Shown in pieces: positions 14,866 to 23,811 of a DNA stretch of 24,000 bases. Numbering within the stretch: the stretch's first letter is position 1; each line of letters starts with the position of its first letter. A model generated the notes under the pieces. It was not told the DNA's origin. It saw only the letters and a program-made list of their open reading frames with translations, and did no database searches. This stretch comes from Rhizobium leguminosarum bv. viciae USDA 2370 (GTDB lineage Bacteria; Pseudomonadota; Alphaproteobacteria; Rhizobiales; Rhizobiaceae), in the NCBI RefSeq assembly GCF_002008365.1, contig NZ_MRDL01000036.1, positions 151,676-175,675 on the forward strand, written 5' to 3'. A program made the translations under genes and the position numbers.

Positions 14866-14937
14866 AGCAGGAGAGAGTCACGCTTTGGAAGGCCGGTTCA
14901 CATTATGTGAGGCGGCTGAAGCCGGGGTTGGGAGGCG

Positions 14938-16047
14938 TTATTCCAGCCGCCGGCGGAAGAGCCAGGCGGCGGCGCTGAGCGTAACGGTGGCGATCAGCGC
15001 CAGCGGGATCGTCTGGTTCACCACCTCGCTCAGCGGAATATCCTTGAGGAAGACGCCTTTGACGATCACCAGGAAATAGCGCAGCGGGTTGATCAGGGTC
15101 ACCGGCTGCAACCACCCCGGCATGTTCTCGATCGGCGTCGCAAAGCCTGAGAGCAGCATGGCCGGAACCATGAAAAGGAAGGCGCCGAGGATCGCCTGCT
15201 GCTGCGTCATCGACAGTGCCGAGATGAAGAGGCCAAGGCCGGCGACCGAGCCGAGATAGAAGATCGCGCTGCCGTAAAGCAGGAAGAGCGAGCCGCGCAG
15301 CGGCACTTCGAAGAGGAAGACTGCGGCCAGGATATAGACGGTGATGTGGAAGAGGCCGATCATCATCGGCGGGATCAGCTTGCCGATCAGGATCTCGTGG
15401 ATGCGCAGCGGCGAGACCATCAGCTGGTCGAAGGTGCCGAGTTCGCGTTCGCGGGCGATCGACAGCGCGGTGACGATCAGGCCGATCAGCAGCGCGATGC
15501 TGGCGATCAGGTTCGGCACCATGAACCATTGGTAGGTGAGGTTCGGATTGAACCAGTTGCGCGGCACGGTCGACACGATATCGGCGCCGGCGCGTTTGCC
15601 GGCCGGGGTCTCGGCAGCGAGCGCTGCACCGATCTGCGAGAGATAGCCCGCGACGATCTGCGAGGCGTTGGAGCGGCGGCCATCAAGCACCATCTGCAGG
15701 TCGGCCGGCGCTCCCGCCTCGATATTGCGCGAAAAGTCAGGGCCGATCTCGACGGCGGCAATGGCCGTCTGGTTGTCGATCGCCACGCGGACCTCCGCTT
15801 GGCTGGAGGCGATCTCGATCTTCCGGAAAGTCGGCGAGCCATCGATGCGCTCGATCAGTTCCTGGCCCCAGTGGCCGCTGTCGCGGTTGAGGATCAGGAC
15901 GTCGACATTGCGGACCTCGAGCGTCGCCGCATAGGAGAAAACGAGAAGCTGGACGATCGGCGGGCCGATCAGGATGGCGCGGCCCTTGGGGTCGCGCAGG
16001 ACGGCAAGCAATTCCTTGACGATCAGGGCGTAAAGCCTTGTCCACAT
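14938..16047 (-). CDS. ABC-2 type transporter permease (YbhR-like)
   Basis: 369 aa from the ATG at 16047 (MWTRLYALIVKELL...), 1 nt after the upstream stop. It has the ABC-2 layout: an N-terminal TM helix, a large loop, then five TM helices. Confidence 0.85.
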   Translation of the reverse strand: MWTRLYALIVKELLAVLRDPKGRAILIGPPIVQLLVFSYAATLEVRNVDVLILNRDSGHWGQELIERIDGSPTFRKIEIASSQAEVRVAIDNQTAIAAVEIGPDFSRNIEAGAPADLQMVLDGRRSNASQIVAGYLSQIGAALAAETPAGKRAGADIVSTVPRNWFNPNLTYQWFMVPNLIASIALLIGLIVTALSIARERELGTFDQLMVSPLRIHEILIGKLIPPMMIGLFHITVYILAAVFLFEVPLRGSLFLLYGSAIFYLGSVAGLGLFISALSMTQQQAILGAFLFMVPAMLLSGFATPIENMPGWLQPVTLINPLRYFLVIVKGVFLKDIPLSEVVNQTIPLALIATVTLSAAAWLFRRRLE

Positions 16048-16048
16048 C

Positions 16049-17176
16049 TCAGCCGATCCTTTTTCTGGTGCTGCGGGCGGCAAGCATGAACATGATGGCG
16101 CCGATCGTCAGCATGACCGATATCGCCTGCAGGAACATCGGCCAGATGTCGCCGGCGAGGAACACCGTCTGCAGGCTGGGGATCAGGTAACGCGCCGGCA
16201 CGATGAAGGTGATCCACTGGATCACCACCGGCATGGAATTGATCTCGAAGAGGAAGCCAGACAGCAGAAAGGCCGGTAGAAAGGCGGTAATCAGCGCCAG
16301 CTGCGAGGCGAGGAACTGGTTCTTCGTTGCCGTCGAGATCAACAGGCCCTGGCCGAGCGCCGGGATCAGGAAGGCGGCCGACAATGCGTAAAGAGCAGCG
16401 ACGGAGCCGCGGAACGGCACGCCGAAGAGGAAGACCGCAAGCAGCACGCAGAGCGTCATCGAGGTGAGGCCGAGCAGGAAATAGGGCAGGATCTTGCCTG
16501 CGAGCAGCTCGACCGCCGTCACCGGCGTCGCCATCATCGCCTCCATTGTGCCGCGCTCCCATTCGCGAGCGACGACGAGCGAGGTCAGGAGCGTGCCGAC
16601 CAGCGTCATGACGATTGCGATCGAGCCCGGCACAAGGAAATTGCGGCTGGTCAGTTCGGGATTGAACCAGAAGCGTTGCTCGACCGAGATGGCAGGACTC
16701 TGCACGGCGACGTCCGCCTGCCTCTGCCGCTCCCAGTTGGCGACGGCGCCCTGGGCATAATTCTGCACGAAATTCGCGGTGTTCGGATCGGAGCCGTCGA
16801 CGATCACCTGGATACCGGGGCGGTTGCCGGCGGTGTAGCGCGTGGTGAAGTCGGCCGGAATGACGACGATGCCGCGCACCTTGCCGAGCACGAGGTCTTC
16901 CTCGAACAGACGCCGGTCGCGTCCCATGGCGACATCAAAATAGCGCGAGGCCTGGAAACTGGCCGACAGATCCTGTGTCAGCGGCGTCATCTCCTCGGTC
17001 ACGAGGCCGATGCGCGTGCGGGTGGTATCGAGCGAGACGCCGTAGCCGAAAAGAAAGAGCAGGATCAGCGGCAGCACGAAGGCGATGAGGATGCTGCTCG
17101 GATCGCGGATCGCCTGGAAGCTTTCCTTGCGCACCAGAGCTGAAAGACGCCGAAGCCTGCCGGAAGAGGCGCTCAT
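16049..17176 (-). CDS. ABC-2 type transporter permease (YbhS-like)
   Basis: 375 aa, paralogous in layout to the next permease (LVRKESFQAIRDPSSILIAF...). The start overlaps the ATPase stop (ATGA at 17173-17176). Confidence 0.85.
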   Translation of the reverse strand: MSASSGRLRRLSALVRKESFQAIRDPSSILIAFVLPLILLFLFGYGVSLDTTRTRIGLVTEEMTPLTQDLSASFQASRYFDVAMGRDRRLFEEDLVLGKVRGIVVIPADFTTRYTAGNRPGIQVIVDGSDPNTANFVQNYAQGAVANWERQRQADVAVQSPAISVEQRFWFNPELTSRNFLVPGSIAIVMTLVGTLLTSLVVAREWERGTMEAMMATPVTAVELLAGKILPYFLLGLTSMTLCVLLAVFLFGVPFRGSVAALYALSAAFLIPALGQGLLISTATKNQFLASQLALITAFLPAFLLSGFLFEINSMPVVIQWITFIVPARYLIPSLQTVFLAGDIWPMFLQAISVMLTIGAIMFMLAARSTRKRIG

Positions 17177-18918
17177 GCGGCATCCTCCGCTTCCGATTGC
17201 TGGACGAGGGCGATGAAGGCATCCTCCATCGTCGGGTCCGGCTGCTCCTTGGTCGCGATCCGGGCCTTCAATTCATCGGGCGAGCCGAGCGCAATCGAGC
17301 GGCCGCGGTAGATCAGCGAGATGCGGTCGCAATATTCCGCCTCGTCCATGAAATGGGTGGTGACGAGCACGGTGACGCCCTTTTCGACCAGCGCATTGAT
17401 ATGCGTCCAGAATTCGCGCCGGGTAATCGGATCGACTCCGGAAGTCGGTTCGTCGAGGAAGAGGGCGCGCGGCTCGTGCATGACGGCGCAGGCTAGCGCC
17501 AACCGCTGCTTCAGGCCGAGTGGTAGGTCCTTGGCCGGTTGGCCGATATGGCGGCCGAAATCGAAGATGCCGGCCATGAGATCGATGCGCTCGCGCCGGT
17601 GTTTTCCGCGAAGCCCATAGACACCAGAGAAGAATTCGAGGTTCTGCATGACTGTGAGATCACCGTAGAGCGAGAACTTCTGCGCCATGTAGCCGAGCTG
17701 GTTGCGGGCTTCGGCGGCATCGCGGCGAAGATCGAAACCAGCAACACGGCCTTCGCCGCCGGTCGGCTTCAGCAGGCCACAGAGCATCTTGAAGGTGGTG
17801 GACTTGCCGGCGCCGTTCGGACCGAGCAGGCCGAAGATCTCGCCACGGCGGATATCGAAGCTGATGTCATCGGCAGCGGTGAAATCACCGAAGCGCTTGG
17901 TCAGTCCCTTGGCCTCGATCACCGGCCGATCGCCATCATCCTTCACTGGCTCCTGCGCCTCTGCCAGCCGCGAGCGGCCGCCGGGACCGCCGCCCAGCAT
18001 GTCGATGAAGGCATCCTCGAAGCGCGGCGGGGCAGGGGCGAGCGTTGCGCCATCGCCCGCCTTGCCGATATCGGGCTTCTTGCCCTTCGCCGCGACGATG
18101 CGGATCGCCTCGCCCTGGATCACGCCGTCGATGACGCCATCGGCCTGCAGGAGTTCGGCGAGCACCTGCCGGCGGCGGCCGCTGACATCGGATACCCTGA
18201 AGACCCGGTCCTTGACGCGCTCGGTCATTTCCATCGGTTTTCCCGAAAAGAGCAGCTTGCCCTGGTTCAAAAGCAGCACGTGATCGCAGGCTTCCGCCTC
18301 ATCCAGATAAGCGGTTGACCAGAGCACGCCGATGCCTTCCTTCGTCAGGTTCTCGACCATCTTCCAAAGGTCGCGGCGCGAGATCGGATCGACGCCGACG
18401 CCCGGCTCGTCGAGCAGCAGCAGGCGCGGCTTCTTCAGAAGCGCGCAGGCAAGGCCGAGCTTCTGCTTCATGCCGCCGGAGAGTTTTCCGGCCAGCCTGC
18501 CGGTGAAGCGTTTGAGGTCGGTGAAGGTGAGCAATTCGTCGAAGGCGCCTGCTCGTTCGCTCTTCGGCAGGCCGCGCAGATCGGCATAGAGATCGAGGTT
18601 TTCCTGCACCGAGAGGTCCTCATAGAGACCGAAGCGCTGCGGCATGTAGCCGATCGCCGCCTGGATGCCGGCAGCGTTTTTGCGCGTATCGAAGCCGAGA
18701 ACCTCCATCGTTCCCACGTCGGGCAACATCAGACCGGTCATCAGGCGGATCAGCGTTGTCTTGCCGGCGCCATCAGGGCCGACGAGGCCGGTGATTGCGC
18801 CGCCGCCGATCGCGCCGGAGACGGCGTCAAGGGCGGCCGGCGCGGTGCCGAAGCGCTTGGTGACGCCGTCGATCCGGACGAGCGGCTTGTCGTCCCGGCC
18901 GGTCTCGGCGGCGCTCAT
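17173..18918 (-). CDS. Tandem-NBD ABC ATPase (YbhF-like)
   Basis: 581 aa with two complete nucleotide-binding domains. NBD1 has [18 protein letters not shown] and LLLLDEP. NBD2 has [18 protein letters not shown] and LFLDEP. Confidence 0.9.
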   Translation of the reverse strand: MSAAETGRDDKPLVRIDGVTKRFGTAPAALDAVSGAIGGGAITGLVGPDGAGKTTLIRLMTGLMLPDVGTMEVLGFDTRKNAAGIQAAIGYMPQRFGLYEDLSVQENLDLYADLRGLPKSERAGAFDELLTFTDLKRFTGRLAGKLSGGMKQKLGLACALLKKPRLLLLDEPGVGVDPISRRDLWKMVENLTKEGIGVLWSTAYLDEAEACDHVLLLNQGKLLFSGKPMEMTERVKDRVFRVSDVSGRRRQVLAELLQADGVIDGVIQGEAIRIVAAKGKKPDIGKAGDGATLAPAPPRFEDAFIDMLGGGPGGRSRLAEAQEPVKDDGDRPVIEAKGLTKRFGDFTAADDISFDIRRGEIFGLLGPNGAGKSTTFKMLCGLLKPTGGEGRVAGFDLRRDAAEARNQLGYMAQKFSLYGDLTVMQNLEFFSGVYGLRGKHRRERIDLMAGIFDFGRHIGQPAKDLPLGLKQRLALACAVMHEPRALFLDEPTSGVDPITRREFWTHINALVEKGVTVLVTTHFMDEAEYCDRISLIYRGRSIALGSPDELKARIATKEQPDPTMEDAFIALVQQSEAEDAA

Positions 18919-19928
18919 TGTCCGCCCGCTGTCGGCGTGGGAAAGCGAACGGTGACCGGCATGCCTTGGCGCAGATCCGGGCCGGGCTTGTCGATGACGA
19001 TCCTCAGGCGATAGACGAGGTCGGTCCGGAGCTCCGGCGTCTCCACCGATTTCGGGGTGAACTCGGCGACCGGCGAGATGAAGCCGATCGTGCCTTCATA
19101 GGGCTTGTCGGGCGACGTATCGGAGGCGACAGAAACCTTCATGCCGGGATGGATGCGGCCGAGATCAGGCTCGGCGACATAGCTGCGCACCCAGACAGGT
19201 TCGGTCAGAGATAACACGAAGACCGTGTCCGCCGGCGAAACGATCGCGCCATTTTCCCGCACGCGCGAGAGGATGACGCCGTCGTTCGGGGCGCGCAGCT
19301 CGGTATCATCGAGCGAAGTGCGGGCGGAGGCGAGTGTTGCCTGAGCCGCCTTCAACTGGGCGTCGGCGGAGGCGATATCCTCAACACGGGAGCCTTCCAG
19401 CAGCAGTTTCAGTGCTTCGTTGGCGGAATCGGAGCGTGCGGCGGCCATCGCCCTTGCGGCAGTCGCCTGGTCGAGGCTCGCCTCAGAGATTGTGCCCTGC
19501 GGGCGCAACTGGCGGGCGCGGTCATAGGCGAGGTTGGCATTGCGGAGATCGGCGAGACTTTCGTCATAGGCGGCGCGCGCTTGGGCGATCTCGGTCGGCC
19601 GCGGACCGGCCTTCAGCTTGTCGAGCGTCGCCTGAAGGGCTGCGGCATTGGCCTCGCCCGAGCGGACCGCGAATTCATAAGGAGCTGCATCGAGCTTTGC
19701 GAGAACGTCTCCGCTCTTGATGACGTCGCCTTCGTCGGCGTGGAGTTCGGCGAGGCGGCCGCTGACACGGAAGCCGAGCGAGACCTGACGGATATCGACA
19801 TTGCCGTAAAGGACGAATTCGCGGCTGGCCTCTGGCAACCAGCCGAGCTTTTGGGGCAGGGCGTACCACCAGGCGGCGGCCCCTGCCGCAACGAGAAGAA
19901 GGATGGCGATGGGAAGGATGCGTTTCAT
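18915..19928 (-). CDS. HlyD-family periplasmic adaptor (YbhG-like)
   Basis: 337 aa from ATG 19928 ([21 protein letters not shown]...). It has an N-terminal anchor, coiled-coil A/L/Q-rich middle and a beta-barrel C-terminus. ATGA overlaps occur at both ends (19925-19928 and 18915-18918). Confidence 0.85.
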   Translation of the reverse strand: MKRILPIAILLLVAAGAAAWWYALPQKLGWLPEASREFVLYGNVDIRQVSLGFRVSGRLAELHADEGDVIKSGDVLAKLDAAPYEFAVRSGEANAAALQATLDKLKAGPRPTEIAQARAAYDESLADLRNANLAYDRARQLRPQGTISEASLDQATAARAMAAARSDSANEALKLLLEGSRVEDIASADAQLKAAQATLASARTSLDDTELRAPNDGVILSRVRENGAIVSPADTVFVLSLTEPVWVRSYVAEPDLGRIHPGMKVSVASDTSPDKPYEGTIGFISPVAEFTPKSVETPELRTDLVYRLRIVIDKPGPDLRQGMPVTVRFPTPTAGGQ

Positions 19929-20626
19929 GCTGCACTTCCATTCAGCGGGCCGATGGCATCGACCAGCTCTGCGGCCAGGCCGCGCACGGTTTCCACCTGT
20001 TCGGGGCCGACGCCATCCCACTCCATCTGGGCGAGCACGGCTGCATGGGCAACGCGAAAGACGAGGATGCTGCCGAGAAGGGTGAAGGTGCGCAGGCGCA
20101 CATGTTCCGAGGCGGGATCCTCATGAAGGATGGCGCCGATCAGCCGCCGGCCCATCTCAATCATCGGCCGCATGAGGCCCTGATAGACCCGTGTGAAGGC
20201 TTCCGTCGGTTCCATCTGCTCGCGGATCAGGAAGCGCGCCCAGGATTCGGATTCCCTGCCGACAAACAGCGTCACCATGGTCTGCAAAATCTCGGTCAGG
20301 AAATGGCGGGCCTCAGCTTCACCAAGCGGTTTGCCTGCAGCATCGAGCGCCAACAGATGCGCGCCGACGCGCGCCCTCATGTCACCGACATGCGTATTGA
20401 TCCGCATCATCAGATATTCGGCCGTGGCGATGTAGAGGCCTTCCTTGCTGCCGAAGTAATAGGGGATGGCCTGCAGGTTGACGCCGGCCGCTTCCGTGAG
20501 CTGGCGCGTCGAGGCGCCGTCGAAGCCATAGCGGCCGAAGACGTCGAGGGCAGCGGACAGCATCTTCTGGCGTGCGATCTCTGCACGGGCGGAGGCCGGT
20601 GGCTGGTTGTCGTGTTCTTGGGTCAT
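19925..20626 (-). CDS. TetR family repressor, first gene of the operon (CecR/YbiH-like position)
   Basis: 233 aa from ATG 20626 (MTQEHDN...). HTH segment [36 protein letters not shown]. The ORF-track start at 20692 lies in the promoter. Confidence 0.85.
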   Translation of the reverse strand: MTQEHDNQPPASARAEIARQKMLSAALDVFGRYGFDGASTRQLTEAAGVNLQAIPYYFGSKEGLYIATAEYLMMRINTHVGDMRARVGAHLLALDAAGKPLGEAEARHFLTEILQTMVTLFVGRESESWARFLIREQMEPTEAFTRVYQGLMRPMIEMGRRLIGAILHEDPASEHVRLRTFTLLGSILVFRVAHAAVLAQMEWDGVGPEQVETVRGLAAELVDAIGPLNGSAA

Positions 20627-20633
20627 GACAATT

Positions 20634-20669
20634 TTATAGCATTGGCAGGGAAATAAGTCAATCGATTGA
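20634..20669 (-). promoter_or_regulatory. Near-consensus sigma70 promoter (ATTGAC-N17-CTATAA) with overlapping 12-bp perfect palindrome TCAATCGATTGA (20658-20669)
   Basis: On the minus strand the -35 is at 20662-20657 and the -10 at 20639-20634. Only 7 nt separate the -10 from the TetR ATG, and no SD is present. This implies a leaderless or near-leaderless mRNA. Confidence 0.55.
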
Positions 20670-20693
20670 TATATTTTAGGCGGCGCTATCACT

Positions 20694-20719
20694 CTTGCCT
20701 TCGCTGATGCGAAGGCAAG
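20694..20719 (-). terminator. Perfect 11-bp GC-rich stem-loop downstream of the PLD gene (no U-tract)
   Basis: CTTGCCTTCGC-tgat-GCGAAGGCAAG, 66 nt after the PLD stop. A second 6-bp hairpin (CATCCG-ctatc-CGGATG) lies at 20733-20749. Confidence 0.4.
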
Positions 20720-20784
20720 AACCAGAAGAAGGCATCCGCTATCCGGATGTCTTCAATTCGATGGACGCAATGCTTGGGTGGCGA

Positions 20785-22875
20785 TCAGAGGCCTAGGAAG
20801 TAATCCCGGCTCGACGGAGCCTTGGCAGGGGCAAACCAACGCCCCTGCCAGCTTGCCTTGGCGTTGAGGAAGCCACCCGATTCCGCCTTGGGCGGCCGGC
20901 CTGTGGCAATCAACGACTGGCGCAATTCCTCCTGCAGCTTGGCGCGCAGGACATAGTGGTCATAGACGTCGAGAATGTGGATCGCATAGGCGACGGCAAG
21001 CGACTGGTTGCCGCGGACGATCAGCAGGTTCTCGTCGTTCTGGTAGGAGGCCTTGTAACCCAAGTTGTGGCTGCCGGTGATGACAGTGCAATTGTCAGGA
21101 TGGAGCGGGTCGATGACGACGATCTTGTCGTGGATGATCGCGTGGCCGGCGCTCAGCAATTCGGGACGAAGATCGCCGAACTGGGCGGAGATGGCCGCTG
21201 CGCGCACCATGACGACACGGCCGGTATCGCCGTCCGGCCACCAGATCGCCCGCTGCGGCAGGTCCCTGACCTCGCCACCCGGCTGATGGACATAGGTTGT
21301 GGGTTCACCGGGTTTTGCCGGCGGCAGTGCTGCCGGATTGCTGATCGCGCCCTGGACGAGCAGGTCCGGTCGCTTGACGGCAAGCTCCGCTGCCTGGCCG
21401 ATGACGTTCTGTTCGCCGCGCACACCGGGATAGAAGGTGAGGAACAGGATGGCGCTGTCGGCATGCTCCATCAGCGAATAGACGCGGCTGAGATCGACGG
21501 GTGTCGGTGAAGTCTTGTTCTTGCTCGGCGCCTTGGTGTTGGGTGAAAACAGGATTTCGACGGTGGTCTTTCCGTCCTTCAGCGTCACCGGCCCGGTCGG
21601 CGCGGCATTCGCCAAGCGCAGGGCGGGGCCCTGCACGCCCTTGCTCGGGGCAAAGCCCTCGGCGGTCTCACCATGGTTGGAAACGGTCAGCGGAACGCCC
21701 ACAGGTTGCGGATCGTCCCGCAGAAGCTTCCAATAGGCGAGGAAACGGGCGGCGACATTCTTGTCCTCGATCAGGATGACGTTGTTCGACTGGGTGCAGA
21801 GGCCGGTTTCGGTCCAGTTGGTGCTGCCGGTCATCACGGCTCGCGCGACGCCACCCTCGACATAGACGGCGAACTTGTTGTGGCCGATATGGCTGTTGTT
21901 GTTGAAGAGGCGATCCTGCATGCGCTCTGCCGCGGGAGCGGCGGCATGGAGGCCGATGCGTGCATCATGGTTGCCGGTGTCCCAGACGACCAGTTTCCTC
22001 GGCAGCGGGTCGCCCTTCTTGTTGAGATCGGTCGAGCCCGAGGTGGAAAGGATCACATGCGCCTTGCCGGCCTTGACCAGTGCCGTCAGCCGCTCGATCA
22101 GTTCGGGATCGTGCAGCTCGTAGAGCGCGAGATAGAGCTCGCCGTTGCCCGTCTCGGCGCGGTCGATCAGCATCGTCAGGAAGCTCAGCACATCGGCGGT
22201 CAGGAACAGGCGGATTGGATCGCCCTTTTTCGGGATGTGGGCCTTCAGCGTCTTCAGCAGGCCTTCGGTAATGCGCATCGCCGGGCCGGGGGCAATATTC
22301 TCCGGCTTGACGCCCTGGACCTTTTCCAGCTGGCGCAGCAGGTTCTGCGTCGAAAGGATGCCGTTGGTATAGGTCGCCTTGATGGCGCCGCCGCCCGGGA
22401 AATCATGGGTGACGTCGATGCTCTCGGTCTTGAAGGGTTCGTCCAGAAAAAAGAGCGGCCGTGGCGGCCCGACATAACGCGGCTTGCCGTTTTCATCGCG
22501 ATAGGGGGCGGTGTCGGAGGCGGGAACCGGTTTCCGGCCGGGGCCCGCAAGGCCGAGCGGCGTAATTTCATAGTGAATCCTGAAATCGATCGGCCGAACG
22601 GTCGCCTCGTCGCGGGAGCGGCGCAGCGTCAGGTCGCGCCATTGATATTGCTGGATCGGCCAGACCGAACTGTCCTGCTCCAGCCAGTCTGGATTCGACT
22701 GGTCGGTAAAAGCGATCCAGGTCGGCAGGATGCGCCGGGCTCCGGCCTCCGGCCCGGTCTCGTGTACGCGGGTGATCATGAAGCCGAGGCAATCGGCAAT
22801 CGGGCCGTCAGCCATCCAGGCGAGGTAGGCGACCTCGCCGTTGCACCATGCGCCTGCCTTGGTAATCCTTCCCAT
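20785..22875 (-). CDS. Phospholipase D superfamily protein (two HKD-type motifs) with a large N-terminal region of unknown function
   Basis: 696 aa, with GGGAGG 5 nt upstream of the ATG. The distal motif is canonical: HDKIVVID...ITGSHNLG. The proximal motif is degenerate: HNKFAVYVE...MTGSTNWT has His, Lys and GSxN, but the Asp position is not conserved. The roughly 330 aa before the first motif match no family I recognise. No signal peptide. Confidence 0.85.
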   Translation of the reverse strand: MGRITKAGAWCNGEVAYLAWMADGPIADCLGFMITRVHETGPEAGARRILPTWIAFTDQSNPDWLEQDSSVWPIQQYQWRDLTLRRSRDEATVRPIDFRIHYEITPLGLAGPGRKPVPASDTAPYRDENGKPRYVGPPRPLFFLDEPFKTESIDVTHDFPGGGAIKATYTNGILSTQNLLRQLEKVQGVKPENIAPGPAMRITEGLLKTLKAHIPKKGDPIRLFLTADVLSFLTMLIDRAETGNGELYLALYELHDPELIERLTALVKAGKAHVILSTSGSTDLNKKGDPLPRKLVVWDTGNHDARIGLHAAAPAAERMQDRLFNNNSHIGHNKFAVYVEGGVARAVMTGSTNWTETGLCTQSNNVILIEDKNVAARFLAYWKLLRDDPQPVGVPLTVSNHGETAEGFAPSKGVQGPALRLANAAPTGPVTLKDGKTTVEILFSPNTKAPSKNKTSPTPVDLSRVYSLMEHADSAILFLTFYPGVRGEQNVIGQAAELAVKRPDLLVQGAISNPAALPPAKPGEPTTYVHQPGGEVRDLPQRAIWWPDGDTGRVVMVRAAAISAQFGDLRPELLSAGHAIIHDKIVVIDPLHPDNCTVITGSHNLGYKASYQNDENLLIVRGNQSLAVAYAIHILDVYDHYVLRAKLQEELRQSLIATGRPPKAESGGFLNAKASWQGRWFAPAKAPSSRDYFLGL

Positions 22876-23250
22876 GCCTGCCTCCCGCCCGTTGTTTGCT
22901 CAGACCACGATTGCATCCGCCATGACGATGAAGATCGCATGCGCCTGCCATGCCACCCGTTGCCGGGGCAATTGGCTCTGCAGGCATGCGCACCCCAGAT
23001 CTCGAGTGAACCAACTCTATCGTCGGTTGAGTCCATTTCAACACATATAGGCTAACGATACTAAAGTAACGTGACATCGCTCATGGCGGGACGCGTGCCT
23101 GATTGGGATCGAGATGCGCGGTTCAGCGTCTATCGGATCTGGCGATCTCAGCTGTTCCGGAAAGAAGGCAAAGAGGCCCGTGGAGAACGGACCTCTCAGG
23201 GTTCTCGGGGTGGGAAGAGGAACCAAGCCTCGGGGTCGGCTGCTAACAGG

Positions 23251-23269
23251 TAGCGATACAATATCGCTA
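23251..23269 (+). other. Inverted repeat TAGCGATA-caa-TATCGCTA followed by ATTTT
   Basis: Perfect 8-bp arms in the ORF-poor, lower-GC region. It could be a small hairpin terminator or a protein site. Confidence 0.3.
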
Positions 23270-23393
23270 ATTTTCACGACACTAATATGTCTGCTGCCTG
23301 CCGACTGCGAAATAAAAGAAGTGCCACTTTTTGTGATTCCTGTGGCTATGTTTTGACACAAAACTGCCTTGCTCTTTCCGTATCGCCGGTTCG

Positions 23394-23546
23394 ATGCGTA
23401 TTCAGATTTATATCATCGCGCTGCTGCTCAGCGCCATCATGTGGTCGATCTCGTTCGATGCGGCGCGAGAATCCTATCATGCCGCGCAAAGCGCAGGATT
23501 GATGCCGAACCTGCACCTCAACAAGAAGCTGGATCGCATTCTGTAG
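23394..23546 (+). CDS. Candidate small membrane protein (50 aa)
   Basis: MRIQIYIIALLLSAIMWSISFDAARESYHAAQSAGLMPNLHLNKKLDRIL*. One clear TM helix, G/C-ending codons unlike the surrounding AT-richer DNA, and a weak hairpin plus T-run downstream. No convincing SD. Too short for the ORF track. Confidence 0.3.
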   Translation: MRIQIYIIALLLSAIMWSISFDAARESYHAAQSAGLMPNLHLNKKLDRIL

Positions 23547-23596
23547 ACTGCGATGCAGCGTCCAGGTCATCAACACGTTTTCTGATGTTGCGTTGT

Positions 23597-23622
23597 TGGC
23601 CTGCAGGCCAGCAGACATTTTT
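23597..23622 (+). terminator. Weak candidate terminator: 14-bp palindrome TGGCCTGCAGGCCA, then TTTTT 7 nt later
   Basis: Direct reading. The usable stem is only 5-6 bp around a TGCA loop. Confidence 0.3.
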
Positions 23623-23654
23623 CCTTGTGCGTCCCGAGCCCTTCCGGACAGAAA

Positions 23655-23676
23655 GTCAAATTTCGTAAAATTTGAC
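23655..23676. promoter_or_regulatory. 22-bp palindrome GTCAAATTT-cgta-AAATTTGAC, candidate operator
   Basis: Perfect 9-bp arms, AT-rich, about 135 nt upstream of the ATG at 23812. Confidence 0.4.
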
Positions 23677-23811
23677 CGATCCGCTTAAAAGCCCTGAAAA
23701 TACTGATGTGTAGAGTGGCCTCATGAAAGCGACCGAGGCGTGGACAGACGCATCGATCGTTTGGAGCCGGGCAAACCGAAAGCCCGCCGATCAGCAAACG
23801 GGGACTTCGAC

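Noticed and set aside
15346-20656. Plus-strand ORFs of 145-259 aa opposite the ABC operon (for example 15346..16089, 16676..17143, 17539..18318, 20045..20656)
   Set aside because: All are antisense to genes with Walker, signature, ABC-2 or TetR features, and all are D/R/G/A-rich shadows.
20785-22875. PLD protein as an anti-phage defence system, as in PLD nucleases of DISARM or Mokosh type
   Set aside because: There is no helicase, methylase, ATPase or other partner gene, and no mobile-element context. The neighbours are housekeeping-type efflux genes, so a defence role is unsupported by this window.
21673-23055. 460-aa plus-strand ORF opposite the PLD gene
   Set aside because: It is an antisense shadow. 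The minus strand carries the HKD and GSxN motifs and a strong SD, while this frame has an R/G/A-rich, low-complexity character.
23151-23180. GTTCCGGAAAGAAGGCAAAGAGGCC, superficially like the SRP RNA GGUCCGGAAGGAAGCAGCC core
   Set aside because: The GNRA tetraloop closure and the flanking symmetric-loop complement are missing. No helix can be drawn around it.
23038-23361. Overlapping ORFs in the lower-GC region (107 aa minus; 60 and 80 aa plus)
   Set aside because: They mutually overlap, some use alternative start codons, and none has an SD. The sequences are unprotein-like, and the region is better treated as non-coding.
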